A DNA stretch of 63,833 nucleotides, counting the filler, from Bacteroidales bacterium (GTDB lineage: Bacteria > Bacteroidota > Bacteroidia > Bacteroidales > CAIWKO01): NCBI GenBank assembly GCA_035389045.1. It is 3 parts of 3 records of this genome, joined end to end, with 100 filler letters (N's around TTAATTAATTAA, not from the genome) between each part and the next. Parts side by side here need not be neighbours in the genome. Positions count along the whole stretch, not along the records: positions 30,187 to 59,400 come from DAOORA010000059.1; 2 more parts are not named here. The stretch is one strand, 5' to 3'. Positions 42,324 to 51,978 of this stretch are shown here, piece by piece. How positions within the stretch are numbered: the stretch's first letter is position 1; each line of letters starts with the position of its first letter. Both the position numbers and the translations under genes were made by a program. Under the pieces are notes generated by a model that worked only from the letters and a program-made list of their open reading frames with translations, was not told the origin of the DNA and did not search any database.

Positions 42324-42331
42324 CAAAAGTA
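42324..42331 (-). promoter_or_regulatory. Sigma-A -7 box upstream of rpsA
   Basis: TACTTTTG on the minus strand, about 85 bp before the start codon. Confidence 0.5.
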
Positions 42332-42471
42332 TCAATAATTTACGAGGTGACAATGAATTTTGGGAAAAACTTTTTCAATGCCCAATAATGTGTATGAATT
42401 GGTGTCCGCATGTACGAATGAAAGGCTAGATATTTATAATTTTTTTGGAGGATTTGCTTCATCAAAGATGT

Positions 42472-42858
42472 TCACATTTCGATACGCTTGAATATTACTC
42501 CCTCGTTTGAGAACTGAATCAACAGCGCGAGCTTTAACCCAGAACATTTGAGATAGTCAGAACCTGATCCATGCGTGTTTTTGAATAACGACTGTTTTTT
42601 TTAGTTCAATAATCACCTTTTCTTCAATTTTAAAATCAAGAAATCCTTTGCTTACTACCTGACCTTTGAATCTAACAGGATAATATGCCTGTTACGCAAA
42701 GTTGTGACTCTTTTTACGAAGCATTAAAGCATATGCATCTGGTATGATTTCTCAAAATGACCCGGCCCAAGTTCGTTAAACACTTTAAAAGAATACCCTA
42801 CCAACTTATAACTCAAATCTGGATGCAAAAGATCATCTCTTCTGACAATTGGTTTCAT
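42472..42858 (-). pseudogene. GxxExxY family protein pseudogene
   Basis: Manual translation: MKPIVRRDDLLHPDLSYKLVGYSFKVFNELGPGHFEKSYQ / frameshift / AYALMLRKKSHNFA*QAYYPVRFKGQVVSKGFLDFKIEEKVIIELKK / frameshifts / DYLKCSGLKLALLIQFSNEGVIFKRI. Confidence 0.85.
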
Positions 42859-42924
42859 AAAAGGCATTTTAAACAGTTATTCATAATTCGTAGATTCGCA
42901 TTGATACGCATCTATTCGTATAAC

Positions 42925-43467
42925 CTAATTTCCTCCTGTTCCGACAAAATAATCTTCCTTGTTGTCAAAAAGGATGTTGAATGTGGTGAGGCTGCCGTAG
43001 ATCCGGGTAATATACTGCTGCATCTCGACCTTGTCCTGGTCTGTCAGTTTGGGATGGCTGTTGATGTTTTGCTCCAGTACGCGCAGGCGGTCGCGAAGCA
43101 TCACAATTTTGTGAAAAAAAGCTTCAATCGGAATCTCTTTGGGTTTCAGCCCGGCTTTTCCGGGTTGAAGAATGAGTTGGCCTCCCTCCCATTTTTCACC
43201 CATTGCTATCACTTCCTGAAAAGCTCCGTACCGGTCGAGAAAATGTTTCATCAACTGCTCAAAAGCTTCAAGATCAACGGATGTATTATTGCCTGCAGCG
43301 GCCTCGTTGTATTCCAGAATCTCTAATTCTTTGTTACTTTTCGAGAATTCCATTTTCCCTCCACGGGTAAAAATGATCTCGTAATTCGAAATATTAACCT
43401 TGCTGACCACGCCTTCGCCATATCTTTCGTGATCGACGCGTGTGCCGACGGTAAGTTCTTTGTCCAT
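42925..43467 (-). CDS. Conserved hypothetical protein
   Basis: 180 aa; SH3-like GTRVDHERYGEG N-terminus and helical FFHKIVMLRDRLRVLEQ C-terminus; co-oriented in the recF operon. Confidence 0.8.
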   Translation of the reverse strand: MDKELTVGTRVDHERYGEGVVSKVNISNYEIIFTRGGKMEFSKSNKELEILEYNEAAAGNNTSVDLEAFEQLMKHFLDRYGAFQEVIAMGEKWEGGQLILQPGKAGLKPKEIPIEAFFHKIVMLRDRLRVLEQNINSHPKLTDQDKVEMQQYITRIYGSLTTFNILFDNKEDYFVGTGGN

Positions 43468-43469
43468 AT

Positions 43470-44192
43470 CTAATATATTTTTGTTACTGTTGCTGTTCCT
43501 GATGTTTCCTGTTTCATCTCCGGCGTGCCCTGGTATTCGACACCTGCTGCACCGGAAACGTTCACGTCAAATTTGTTGATGATGTTCACACGGGCTGAAG
43601 CATTACCTGACGCATTAAGCTTTAAATCATCAATATATAATTCAAAAGCCTCCACCTTTGATGCGCCGGAGACATCGAAATTTGCCGTTAATACTGCGCC
43701 TGATAATGCGGCATTGCTGTTTCCGCTGATTTCTGCGTTCAGACCCACACAGTTGAGGTTCATGTCAAGTTTACAGTTACCCGATAATTCAAGATTAAGT
43801 TTGTCAAAATTCAGATCGGCAGCCGAACTGACAGAGGTATAACCTGAGACCATGATCTGGTCAAGACTGTTGAAAGTCAGATAAATACTGATATCCTTTG
43901 ATCCTCTGATGTTTTTTTTACTTCTGATTTTCAGTTTTTTATTGCTTACCTTAACATTGATGTATTCTATAAGATTTTCATCCGCTTCTATGCTGAGTTT
44001 CGGAGTTTCGCCCTGGGTTAATATGACCTTAAAAAAACCTTCTATTTCGAGTTTGCTGAACTCCCCGACCTGAACATCTTTGGTGAGGAGCTTACCGTTT
44101 CCTTTAAGCGGGTCATGATTTGAACATGAAGTAATACTACAAATGATAGCTGTAATTAAAAGTAAATTAACTATATAAAAAAATATTTTCAT
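43470..44192 (-). CDS. DUF2807 (head GIN domain) lipoprotein
   Basis: Lipobox ITSC, KGNG, ADENL and repeated SG.S beta-helix motifs. Confidence 0.85.
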   Translation of the reverse strand: MKIFFYIVNLLLITAIICSITSCSNHDPLKGNGKLLTKDVQVGEFSKLEIEGFFKVILTQGETPKLSIEADENLIEYINVKVSNKKLKIRSKKNIRGSKDISIYLTFNSLDQIMVSGYTSVSSAADLNFDKLNLELSGNCKLDMNLNCVGLNAEISGNSNAALSGAVLTANFDVSGASKVEAFELYIDDLKLNASGNASARVNIINKFDVNVSGAAGVEYQGTPEMKQETSGTATVTKIY

Positions 44193-44205
44193 TATATTAA
44201 TAACA

Positions 44206-44490
44206 TTATTTAAGAATGATTTTGTCTATTACAGGTTTTTTAAAATAACTGTTCAGGCGTGAGATGACGGTTGATTTATTCAGGTTTAGTTCACTCCGGA
44301 TAACCGATGAATCCACTTCCACGAACAGGGTATTTTTGTCAATATGTAAATTGGTGGTATGTCTTGCAATAATTTTGCCCACGACGTCTTCCCATTTTTC
44401 TATCAGGGTAACCTGGTTGAGTTTTTTTTCGAGCCGGTAATACTCCACAAACTCCCTGAGTATCTCTTTCAGTGGTTTTTCCTTTTGCAT
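44206..44490 (-). CDS. DUF721 / DciA-like protein
   Basis: 94 aa with WEDVVG..IARHT and L.V...SS..R.EL pattern; immediately downstream of recF. Confidence 0.82.
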   Translation of the reverse strand: MQKEKPLKEILREFVEYYRLEKKLNQVTLIEKWEDVVGKIIARHTTNLHIDKNTLFVEVDSSVIRSELNLNKSTVISRLNSYFKKPVIDKIILK

Positions 44491-44491
44491 C

Positions 44492-45604
44492 TCAGAATTT
44501 TATTTCTCTGGCATTGTTATCACTGATCAAAAAAACCTTGCCCGGTGAATTTATTTTCTTCATCGTGCTGATGATGCGTTCTTTCTGGGTATCGGTTATA
44601 AAAACCTGTCCGAAATTATTGTCGGCGGCAAGTTTTACGATATGTTCCACCCTTTCATCATCCAGCTTGTCGAAGATGTCGTCAAAGAGCACAACGGGTT
44701 TGAATCCTTTCATGTTTTTAATATATTCAAACTGGGCTAATTTGATGGCAATGGTATACGATTTCTGTTGTCCCTGTGAGCCGAATTTTCGCAATGGGTA
44801 TCCCTCAATGCCAAAATCAAGGTCATCTTTGTGTATACCGCAGGTAGTATAAAGCATGATCCTGTCTTTGGCCAGGCTTGACTTGAGTAATTCTTCAAAA
44901 CGTCCCTGATTCAGCTGCGACACATATTCGAGGGTAACTGATTCTTTTTCTCCGGTGATAAGACTAAAATAATGATTGAAGTATGGAATGAAATCCAGAA
45001 TAAAAGAGGTTCTTTTGGCATGGATTTTTGTTCCGAGGGAGATCAATTGTGTATCCCATATTTCAAGGGAATCAGCTGCAAAAAAGTGATCTTCAAAAAA
45101 GATTTTCAACAGTTTATTACGTTGAAAAAGCGCTTTATTATAATTGATCAGATCATCGAGGTAAACATGGTCGAACTGACTTATAAAACTATCCAGGAAC
45201 CTTCGGCGTTCATCACTGCCGCCGTAAATAATATCATTATCTCGCGGAGATACCATCACCAAAGGGAATAACCCGATGTGGTCGGCCAGCCTGTCATACT
45301 CTTTTTTGTTCAGTTTGAAGACTTTGTGATGATTGCGTTTCTGGCTGCACAAAAGAGTATCGGGATTATCATGGTTTTTGTACCAGACGCCCTGTATGGT
45401 AAAAAACTCTTTATCATGCATGATATTTTGGGTGTCAATGACGTTAAAAAAACTTTTACAAAAAGAAAGATAGTGGATCGCGTCGAGCAGGTTGGTTTTA
45501 CCTACGCCATTATTTCCAACAAAACAATTTATCTTTTCTGAAAAACTTATTTCCAGTTCCTGATAATTTTTAAAATTGTTTAATATAAGTTTTTGAAGAT
45601 ACAT
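44492..45604 (-). CDS. recF: DNA replication/repair protein RecF
   Basis: GNNGVGKTN, RRRFLD, GIHKDD, GSQGQQKS, DDIFDKLD, QVFIT. Confidence 0.96.
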   Translation of the reverse strand: MYLQKLILNNFKNYQELEISFSEKINCFVGNNGVGKTNLLDAIHYLSFCKSFFNVIDTQNIMHDKEFFTIQGVWYKNHDNPDTLLCSQKRNHHKVFKLNKKEYDRLADHIGLFPLVMVSPRDNDIIYGGSDERRRFLDSFISQFDHVYLDDLINYNKALFQRNKLLKIFFEDHFFAADSLEIWDTQLISLGTKIHAKRTSFILDFIPYFNHYFSLITGEKESVTLEYVSQLNQGRFEELLKSSLAKDRIMLYTTCGIHKDDLDFGIEGYPLRKFGSQGQQKSYTIAIKLAQFEYIKNMKGFKPVVLFDDIFDKLDDERVEHIVKLAADNNFGQVFITDTQKERIISTMKKINSPGKVFLISDNNAREIKF

Positions 45605-45609
45605 AAAGT

Positions 45610-46167
45610 TTAGTTAGGTGAAAATCCCAGAAATAAATCATCTTTACTTTTTTTTTTGCTGTACAGCAGGCTGTGTATGGCCTTTTGTGTATCAATCATT
45701 TTACGTCCCCAGTTTGTTTCAAACAGGTGTTTGCAGGCATGAACGGCATTTTGCTGAGCTGTCAGGGTGTTTTTCTGGTATAAAAGAATAAAATCTTTCA
45801 AATCCTGGTAAATATCGGATAGATTCTCAGCAATGCTCCCTTTTTCACCTTCTGAATCAGCATCATCAGCGAAATCGATATAGTAGAAAATATCTTTTGA
45901 TCCGGTCTTGTCAAGCAGGCCGAGGTAGATCTTTTCCCACTGTTCCAGTGTTACGAAACGCACATTACCATCCTCATCCTCTAGTACAACATCCGGCATC
46001 ATCGTCCCTTTCAGATAGGTGAGCGGCAGGACTTTGTTGAGGTAGGCCAGAATAAACTCCAGGTCATATTTCTCAATCTCTTCGAGGAACAAACATAACT
46101 CATTGACTACTGTTATAAACTCCAGTACATTTTTGGATTGAACCGTTTCATTAAATCTTTTTCCCAT
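45610..46167 (-). CDS. DUF5063 family protein
   Basis: EFITVV.E.C.FLE, LPLTYLKG, SIAENLSDIYQDLKDF, F...WG pattern. Confidence 0.75.
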   Translation of the reverse strand: MGKRFNETVQSKNVLEFITVVNELCLFLEEIEKYDLEFILAYLNKVLPLTYLKGTMMPDVVLEDEDGNVRFVTLEQWEKIYLGLLDKTGSKDIFYYIDFADDADSEGEKGSIAENLSDIYQDLKDFILLYQKNTLTAQQNAVHACKHLFETNWGRKMIDTQKAIHSLLYSKKKSKDDLFLGFSPN

Positions 46168-46619
46168 ATAAGGAGGTTTTTTCTGTAAACAAAAATAATC
46201 AGAATAAAGGGATGTTCCAATAAATTTGTTCTTATTACATTAAGAAATTGTTTTGATTTTATCTTCTCATATCTTTATGCGTCTTTTTTGCTGCAAATCA
46301 TTAGATTTTTCGACATAGGATAAACTATGTCTGCAAAATCTGCCTCGTTTCGCTATAAAATCCATCATAAATCTTATGTAACATAAAATCAAAACAGTTT
46401 CTAATAAAACCGCAAATTTGTTTAAAAATTTGCTTTTATCCAAAAAAACACATATATTTGTTTCCTCAAGTAAAAAAAACATAAATTTTTGAATTTCTGA
46501 TTTCTGATCAGGTTATTTTTTTTTAATTATCTTTTTTTTCGTTTTATAATATTGATAACGCGGGATATACCAGAAATCAGGGAATAACTATTGCTTTTTA
46601 TAACCTATTCTATAATGAC

Positions 46620-47072
46620 ATGGACAGGAAAGAACTGAAGAAAAAAATATTTGATTTCTGTATGCAGCTGCAGGTAAGACAGATGGAATCTGTTCAGGAA
46701 GAAATGCATGAAGCATTTCAGAATGCCAAAGAATACGGCACTCCGGAAGACTGGCTGGACACTTATAAAATGGATATGCTCAATAAGAGGGATGCCTGCG
46801 GTGTTCAGCTTCAGAAAATCATTGAAGAAATAAAGACTCTGGAACGCATCGATCCCTCGATCATTATTGATGAAGTTACTTTTGGCGCTGTAGTGTTCAC
46901 GGAAACACAAAAACTGATCATCGCTACAGGTATGGGAAAAATAATCATTGATGATGAAACCTACCATGCCATATCACCCACGGTACCCTTATACCATGCT
47001 ATCAAAGGGCTAAAAGCAGGTGATACTTTTGAGTTCCGCGGTGAAAAAAATAAGATACTGGAAGTTTTCTGA
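46620..47072 (+). CDS. GreA/GreB C-terminal-domain-like protein
   Basis: Coiled-coil N-terminus, V.FGAVV and AISPTVPLYHAIKGLKAGDTFEF. Confidence 0.7.
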   Translation: MDRKELKKKIFDFCMQLQVRQMESVQEEMHEAFQNAKEYGTPEDWLDTYKMDMLNKRDACGVQLQKIIEEIKTLERIDPSIIIDEVTFGAVVFTETQKLIIATGMGKIIIDDETYHAISPTVPLYHAIKGLKAGDTFEFRGEKNKILEVF

Positions 47073-48230
47073 TCAGACTGAAAAATGATGTATTAATTTG
47101 TTTTTCAGTGGATTGGCATACATATTCATCACAAGATGTCTGATAGCCTCTCCGGGGTAAACAGGTTCCAGCCCTGCGGTTTTTTCATGCAGGTATTCAG
47201 TGAATTTATTTTTTGAAGAAAGGCTGTACCTGCTGATAAATGTATCTTCTCCGCTGAGCATATCAAAGGCTATATAACTGGTATCCCACAAGCGGTATGC
47301 CTGATAGATCTTTTCATCGATCCTGACTGCAAGGCTTTTCAGCCAATCATTCAGATGAATTCCGCCAAGACTCTTATAGTCATCTAAGGTGAACGGATCA
47401 CAGAACGATACCTCTACCCTGCCTTTATAACCGTGCAATCCTGTGTTGATACTGTTGAAATCCGTTTCCTGTGTTTTTTCATACGGAAGGTTGTTACTTA
47501 TGGAATACAGTTCCACAGCCTTCATCACATCACAGGGATCGTATTCATAGGAAATGGCTACGGGAGCCAGGTTCATCCCTGCAAATGCTTCAATGAAGTT
47601 ATCCTCATTGTTCATGATGATCATTTTGAGCAGACTGGTCTGTGTTTTATCATTACCATCTTTTGAACGGCCTTCACGCTGAGCTATCCATACCGATTCA
47701 TTTCTTTCAGTCAGGGCATACGAGATATAAGAAGAAAGTATACGGGAATATTTATATAATTCACGCGGAGGGATATTGCGTTTCACGATGAAGCTCTTAT
47801 TGATCCTGACAAGATCCGTTATCATGGGCGAAATAAGCAAATTCCCTCCTATGGCGATCTGAGCTGTATTATATCCGTTGTTCAGTAATAATAAATTAAT
47901 AAATGCAGAATCCAGCACTATATCGCGGTGATTTGAAATAAACAGGTAGGCGTTCTTCGGCGCCAGATGTTCTATACCCTGCACGTTAAGGCTGTCGACG
48001 CTCCGGCTGATGACCACATCAAGCACAGCTCTGACAAATTTGTCCTGGAATTCGGCTATGCTTGAAATATCCTTTATAGAGTTAAAAACCTCGTTCCTGT
48101 CTACCCCTTTAAAAAGATAACGCACAAACAATGCAAATTCAGGATTTCTGATCAGCCGGCCAATGGCATCATTTATTTCATAATCCTCAAAGGGCCTGAT
48201 CTCGTCAAATAATTCCCGGGTATACATCAT
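47073..48230 (-). CDS. PlsC-like phospholipid/glycerol acyltransferase
   Basis: NHRDIVLD (HxxxxD), AQREGRSKDGND, ISYEYDPCD. Confidence 0.88.
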   Translation of the reverse strand: MMYTRELFDEIRPFEDYEINDAIGRLIRNPEFALFVRYLFKGVDRNEVFNSIKDISSIAEFQDKFVRAVLDVVISRSVDSLNVQGIEHLAPKNAYLFISNHRDIVLDSAFINLLLLNNGYNTAQIAIGGNLLISPMITDLVRINKSFIVKRNIPPRELYKYSRILSSYISYALTERNESVWIAQREGRSKDGNDKTQTSLLKMIIMNNEDNFIEAFAGMNLAPVAISYEYDPCDVMKAVELYSISNNLPYEKTQETDFNSINTGLHGYKGRVEVSFCDPFTLDDYKSLGGIHLNDWLKSLAVRIDEKIYQAYRLWDTSYIAFDMLSGEDTFISRYSLSSKNKFTEYLHEKTAGLEPVYPGEAIRHLVMNMYANPLKNKLIHHFSV

Positions 48231-48257
48231 TCAATATTTTGTATTTTGAATTCATAA

Positions 48258-48977
48258 TTAGTATTCATCTGCATCCTCTGTTTCCGGGATATTTTCACCA
48301 TCATCGTTAAAGGTAAAACCGCCGAAATACAATCCTATGGTTAGCTGCGGGGAACTGAATCTGCAATCTTTATAACGATCGAAACCTATGCCGGTAACAA
48401 AGTTATAACCCAATCCAATATTTGTCTTAAGCCAGGAAGTAATATTAATTTCAAGTTCAATACGGGGTGAAATTACAAAAATCTTGTCATTAGTGTATTC
48501 CAGGCGGTAATCCACATTGTTTATGTAGGAATTGTTTACCGAATCCGTCAGATGTATATTTCCCCAACCAAATCGTGAACTGATACCAAAATGAACTCTT
48601 TTGCCGGGATAAAAAATGCCGCCCAGCCAGATTCCGGCATGACCGAAGTTTATTCTCAGAGGTTTTCCGTAGTAATACAGCGGCCGTCCATCCAGCAGAA
48701 ATTCATCCGGAATGATCAGGTCTTTGATCGTGTGGTTTGAAACGGTAGTCAGGCCGTAAGCGCCGAGGAAGAAATAATTGTTAATCATCAAAGCACCTCC
48801 GGCGCCCAGGGCTTCGGAAACCTGTTTCTTCAGTATAAATGTTTCAGATATCAGTCCTCCAAAACCGCTCAGCCTCACTTTAGGACTTTTTTCCTGCTGC
48901 GTTGCCTGCACCGTATCCTGGGCCGGTAAGGAAAAGGTAAAAAGGACACAAAAAAACAAAACAGCCAGGTTCTTCAT
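48258..48977 (-). CDS. Putative outer-membrane beta-barrel protein
   Basis: Signal peptide and alternating Gly/aromatic beta strands. Confidence 0.65.
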   Translation of the reverse strand: MKNLAVLFFCVLFTFSLPAQDTVQATQQEKSPKVRLSGFGGLISETFILKKQVSEALGAGGALMINNYFFLGAYGLTTVSNHTIKDLIIPDEFLLDGRPLYYYGKPLRINFGHAGIWLGGIFYPGKRVHFGISSRFGWGNIHLTDSVNNSYINNVDYRLEYTNDKIFVISPRIELEINITSWLKTNIGLGYNFVTGIGFDRYKDCRFSSPQLTIGLYFGGFTFNDDGENIPETEDADEY

Positions 48978-49076
48978 AAAAAACTTTTTTGCAAAATAAT
49001 AAAAAACTTTATAATAAAAATGCTCAAAGAGTTTAATTTTGCATATAATTATTAACGTATTTACCGTTAAGAAAAT

Positions 49077-49958
49077 ATGACAAAGCTAAAAAAAACATTG
49101 GTATTCGTTGTTTTGGTATTTTTTATTTGTTTAATAAATACTCATGTTTCAGCGTATACCATCACGGAAGACTCGACGATACAAAACCGGGCGTGGAGTT
49201 TTGGCATCAACTGCGGGGCGGCCTGGGCCAATAAATACCATGCCGATTTTTATAACGGCGCCGAAGGAAATCAAAATGAACTGAGTTATATTTTCAGCAA
49301 CCAGTATTATCGCAACGAGATTTACCAGGTGATAAACGATTCGTTTGCCATATACAGCATGCCTGCCGATATGAAGTACAAACCAGCCTTTTGCGTGGGA
49401 TTCTATGTGAAAAAGAATTTCAATAACCATTTCGGCGCTTTTATGCAGTTCAACTATTCGAAGTTCACCACCGAAAGTGCGTTTTCGTTAAAAATTGGCG
49501 CCACACCATCTACGCAGGCATTTGACTCCACGCTGGATTGCCCGATATGGGGTTCGGAAGACCGGATTAATATAGATATTGGCGCAAGCTATGAATTTCC
49601 GATTGATGAAAAAATCTTTGGATTTGTGGAGGTCGGCTTTAATCTGAACAACACCAAAGTCAGGGAAAATAAAATAGCCATCCAGAACCTTGAATACAGT
49701 ATTATTAATATATATGGAGATCAGCAATACATTCCAAATACCACCTTACAGGAATACCCTGTTCGTCAGGGTGGCATAGGGCTTGGCGCCTTTTTATCGC
49801 CGGGCGTAAGGTTTAAGTTCAGTGAGCATATCGGTATTGATGTGCTGGGGAGTGTCTACTGGTCAAAAATCAACCTGAAGCACTACAACACCTTCCGTCC
49901 GCATTTTAATGTGATGATCCGTTTTTTGTTTTCCAGCGAATACATGAATTCCAACTGA
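49077..49958 (+). CDS. Putative outer-membrane beta-barrel protein
   Basis: Signal peptide and amphipathic beta strands ending VMIRFLF. Confidence 0.65.
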   Translation: MTKLKKTLVFVVLVFFICLINTHVSAYTITEDSTIQNRAWSFGINCGAAWANKYHADFYNGAEGNQNELSYIFSNQYYRNEIYQVINDSFAIYSMPADMKYKPAFCVGFYVKKNFNNHFGAFMQFNYSKFTTESAFSLKIGATPSTQAFDSTLDCPIWGSEDRINIDIGASYEFPIDEKIFGFVEVGFNLNNTKVRENKIAIQNLEYSIINIYGDQQYIPNTTLQEYPVRQGGIGLGAFLSPGVRFKFSEHIGIDVLGSVYWSKINLKHYNTFRPHFNVMIRFLFSSEYMNSN

Positions 49959-49967
49959 TGTTGTTCA

Positions 49968-50897
49968 ATGGATATTTCCTTTAAATCCTTAGCAAAATGT
50001 TTGCTATGTCCCCGTAATTGCGGCGTTGACAGGTTTGCCGGAAGTTCAGGATATTGCCATTCTGATTATCATTATAATATCAGTGCTGTTGTGGCTCACC
50101 ATGGTGAAGAGCCTGTCATCAGCGGCAAACACGGCATCTGTAATATTTTTTTCAGTCACTGCAACCTGCAATGTGTTTATTGCCAGAATTTTCAGATTAG
50201 CCAAAACGCTTCAGCACATCAGCCGGCATACAGGGATGTTGAAAAGATCCTTGCCGATATCCAGCATCATCTCAATTCGGGATGCAGAGCTATCGGTTTT
50301 GTATCGCCTTCGCATCAGATTCCGCAGATGGCATCCATTATCAGGGCTTTTGAGCATCATCAGCCCAGACCTGTATTTGTATATAATTCAAATGGTTATG
50401 ATAAGGTGGAAACCCTCAGGAAGCTGGAAGGCCTGATAGACATCTATTTGCCTGATCTGAAATACATGGATGCCGGGTTAGCGTTAACATATTCTGATGC
50501 AAAGGATTATCCGGAGGTTGCCCAAAAAGGGCTAAAAGAGATGTTCAGGCAGAAAGGCGCCGCGCTGCATTATTTGGATACGGGTCAGGCCGAAAGCGGA
50601 ATTATTATACGCCACCTTGTACTGCCCGGACATATACAGAACAGTCTGGATGTATTACATTTTATTGCTGAAGAACTCTCACCAAAAATCCACGTTTCAC
50701 TTATGTCGCAGTATTATCCTGTGTACAAAGCAACGGAAAATGACACAATAAACCGGTCGCTGAGCCGGAAGGAGTATGATACAGTAGTGAATGAAGCGGA
50801 AAAACTCGGTCTGACACGCGGCTGGATCCAGGAGTTGTCGAGTCATGACCATTACCGGCCTGATTTCAGGAATACACATCCTTTCGAAAATACATGA
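49968..50897 (+). CDS. Radical SAM protein, PflX-like
   Basis: CLLCPRNCGVDR, HHGEEP, CNLQCVYCQN, YLPDLKY, IRHLVLPG, MSQYYP. Confidence 0.9.
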   Translation: MDISFKSLAKCLLCPRNCGVDRFAGSSGYCHSDYHYNISAVVAHHGEEPVISGKHGICNIFFSHCNLQCVYCQNFQISQNASAHQPAYRDVEKILADIQHHLNSGCRAIGFVSPSHQIPQMASIIRAFEHHQPRPVFVYNSNGYDKVETLRKLEGLIDIYLPDLKYMDAGLALTYSDAKDYPEVAQKGLKEMFRQKGAALHYLDTGQAESGIIIRHLVLPGHIQNSLDVLHFIAEELSPKIHVSLMSQYYPVYKATENDTINRSLSRKEYDTVVNEAEKLGLTRGWIQELSSHDHYRPDFRNTHPFENT

Positions 50898-50907
50898 AGT
50901 ATTATAT

Positions 50908-51390
50908 ATGAAGAAAAATAGCATAGAATATACTGCTACCATTGTTCAGCATAAAGACATGGATGCTGCTTATGTTGAATTTCCATTTGATATTGAAGGT
51001 TTTTTCGGAAGGAGAGGTAAATTAAAAGTAAAAGCTGTTTTTGACGGCCATGTGGTGTACCGAGGCAGTTTGTTCAATATGGGAGGCCAACATCCTGTAC
51101 TGGGCCTCACCAAAGCCATCCGGCAACAACTGAATAAAACCTTTGGCGACCAGGTGACGGTGAGCATAGAAGAAGACAAGGAAGTCAGGGAAGTTGCTGT
51201 TCCTTATGACGTAGTCGATTTGCTGAAAAAGAATCAGGAAGCTGAACTATTTTTTGAAAAACTTTCATTTACAGACCGGAAGGAATATATCTTCTGGATA
51301 ACTTCGGCAAAAAAAAAGGAAACCCGTGATCAAAGGCTTGCCCTGTTTATTGAAAAACTCACTCAGCGTAAAAAGCTCCATGATAAATGA
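50908..51390 (+). CDS. YdeI/OmpD-associated family protein (DUF1905 + OmdA)
   Basis: YVEFPFD, YRGSL, KAIR...GD.V.V, RKEYIFWITSAKKKETR..R. Confidence 0.85.
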   Translation: MKKNSIEYTATIVQHKDMDAAYVEFPFDIEGFFGRRGKLKVKAVFDGHVVYRGSLFNMGGQHPVLGLTKAIRQQLNKTFGDQVTVSIEEDKEVREVAVPYDVVDLLKKNQEAELFFEKLSFTDRKEYIFWITSAKKKETRDQRLALFIEKLTQRKKLHDK

Positions 51391-51932
51391 AAAGCAGGGC
51401 TGAAAACAAAAAGATGCCCGATTTTGAGGCAGGGCTTTATGATTCCGGCCGGAAAACCGCCGATATGGCTGTGGAAGCCGTAGGAAACGATCCTAAACGT
51501 TTTGCCCTGCTGCTTAATATGTGCTTTACCACCTCCTACCCCATGTGTATGCGTGCTGCAAGAGTGGTTCAGCTCTGTTGCGAAAAGAACATAACACTCA
51601 TTTTGCCATATCTGGATGAGGTGATCGAAAATTTCCGGATTTCAAAGGTTGAAGGTGTAAAAAGAAATATTCTGAAGATCATCGCCGAATTTGTCGATTT
51701 CAGTTTGGTTAAAGATAACGCCCTTTTGTTGCAGACATGCTTCGACTGGCTGATAAATCCTGCCGAAGCTCTGGCCACCCAGTATTATTGTATAGGCATT
51801 ATCGAGAAGTTCTGCCATTATGAACCGGAGCTTCTTGGTGAATTTCTGAATACATTGGAATATTGCCTGGATGAAGCGCCGGCGGGGTTCCGCAACAGGG
51901 CGGTAAAAGTGCTGAAAAAAAACAGAAAATGA
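51387..51932 (+). CDS. Helical-repeat hypothetical protein
   Basis: 181 aa, overlaps the upstream stop by 4 bp; predicted all-alpha pattern. Confidence 0.7.
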   Translation: MKSRAENKKMPDFEAGLYDSGRKTADMAVEAVGNDPKRFALLLNMCFTTSYPMCMRAARVVQLCCEKNITLILPYLDEVIENFRISKVEGVKRNILKIIAEFVDFSLVKDNALLLQTCFDWLINPAEALATQYYCIGIIEKFCHYEPELLGEFLNTLEYCLDEAPAGFRNRAVKVLKKNRK

Positions 51933-51978
51933 TAGTCAAAATGCTTTATACTGCATAGTTGATAAATCATTATCCTTA

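Noticed and set aside
42757..43326. 189-aa plus-strand ORF
   Set aside because: Antisense shadow of the conserved hypothetical gene and the GxxExxY pseudogene.
46497..46580. 10-bp inverted repeat CTGATTTCTG/CAGAAATCAG before the Gre-like gene
   Set aside because: Short arms with a ~64-nt AT-rich loop; insufficient support for a regulatory structure.
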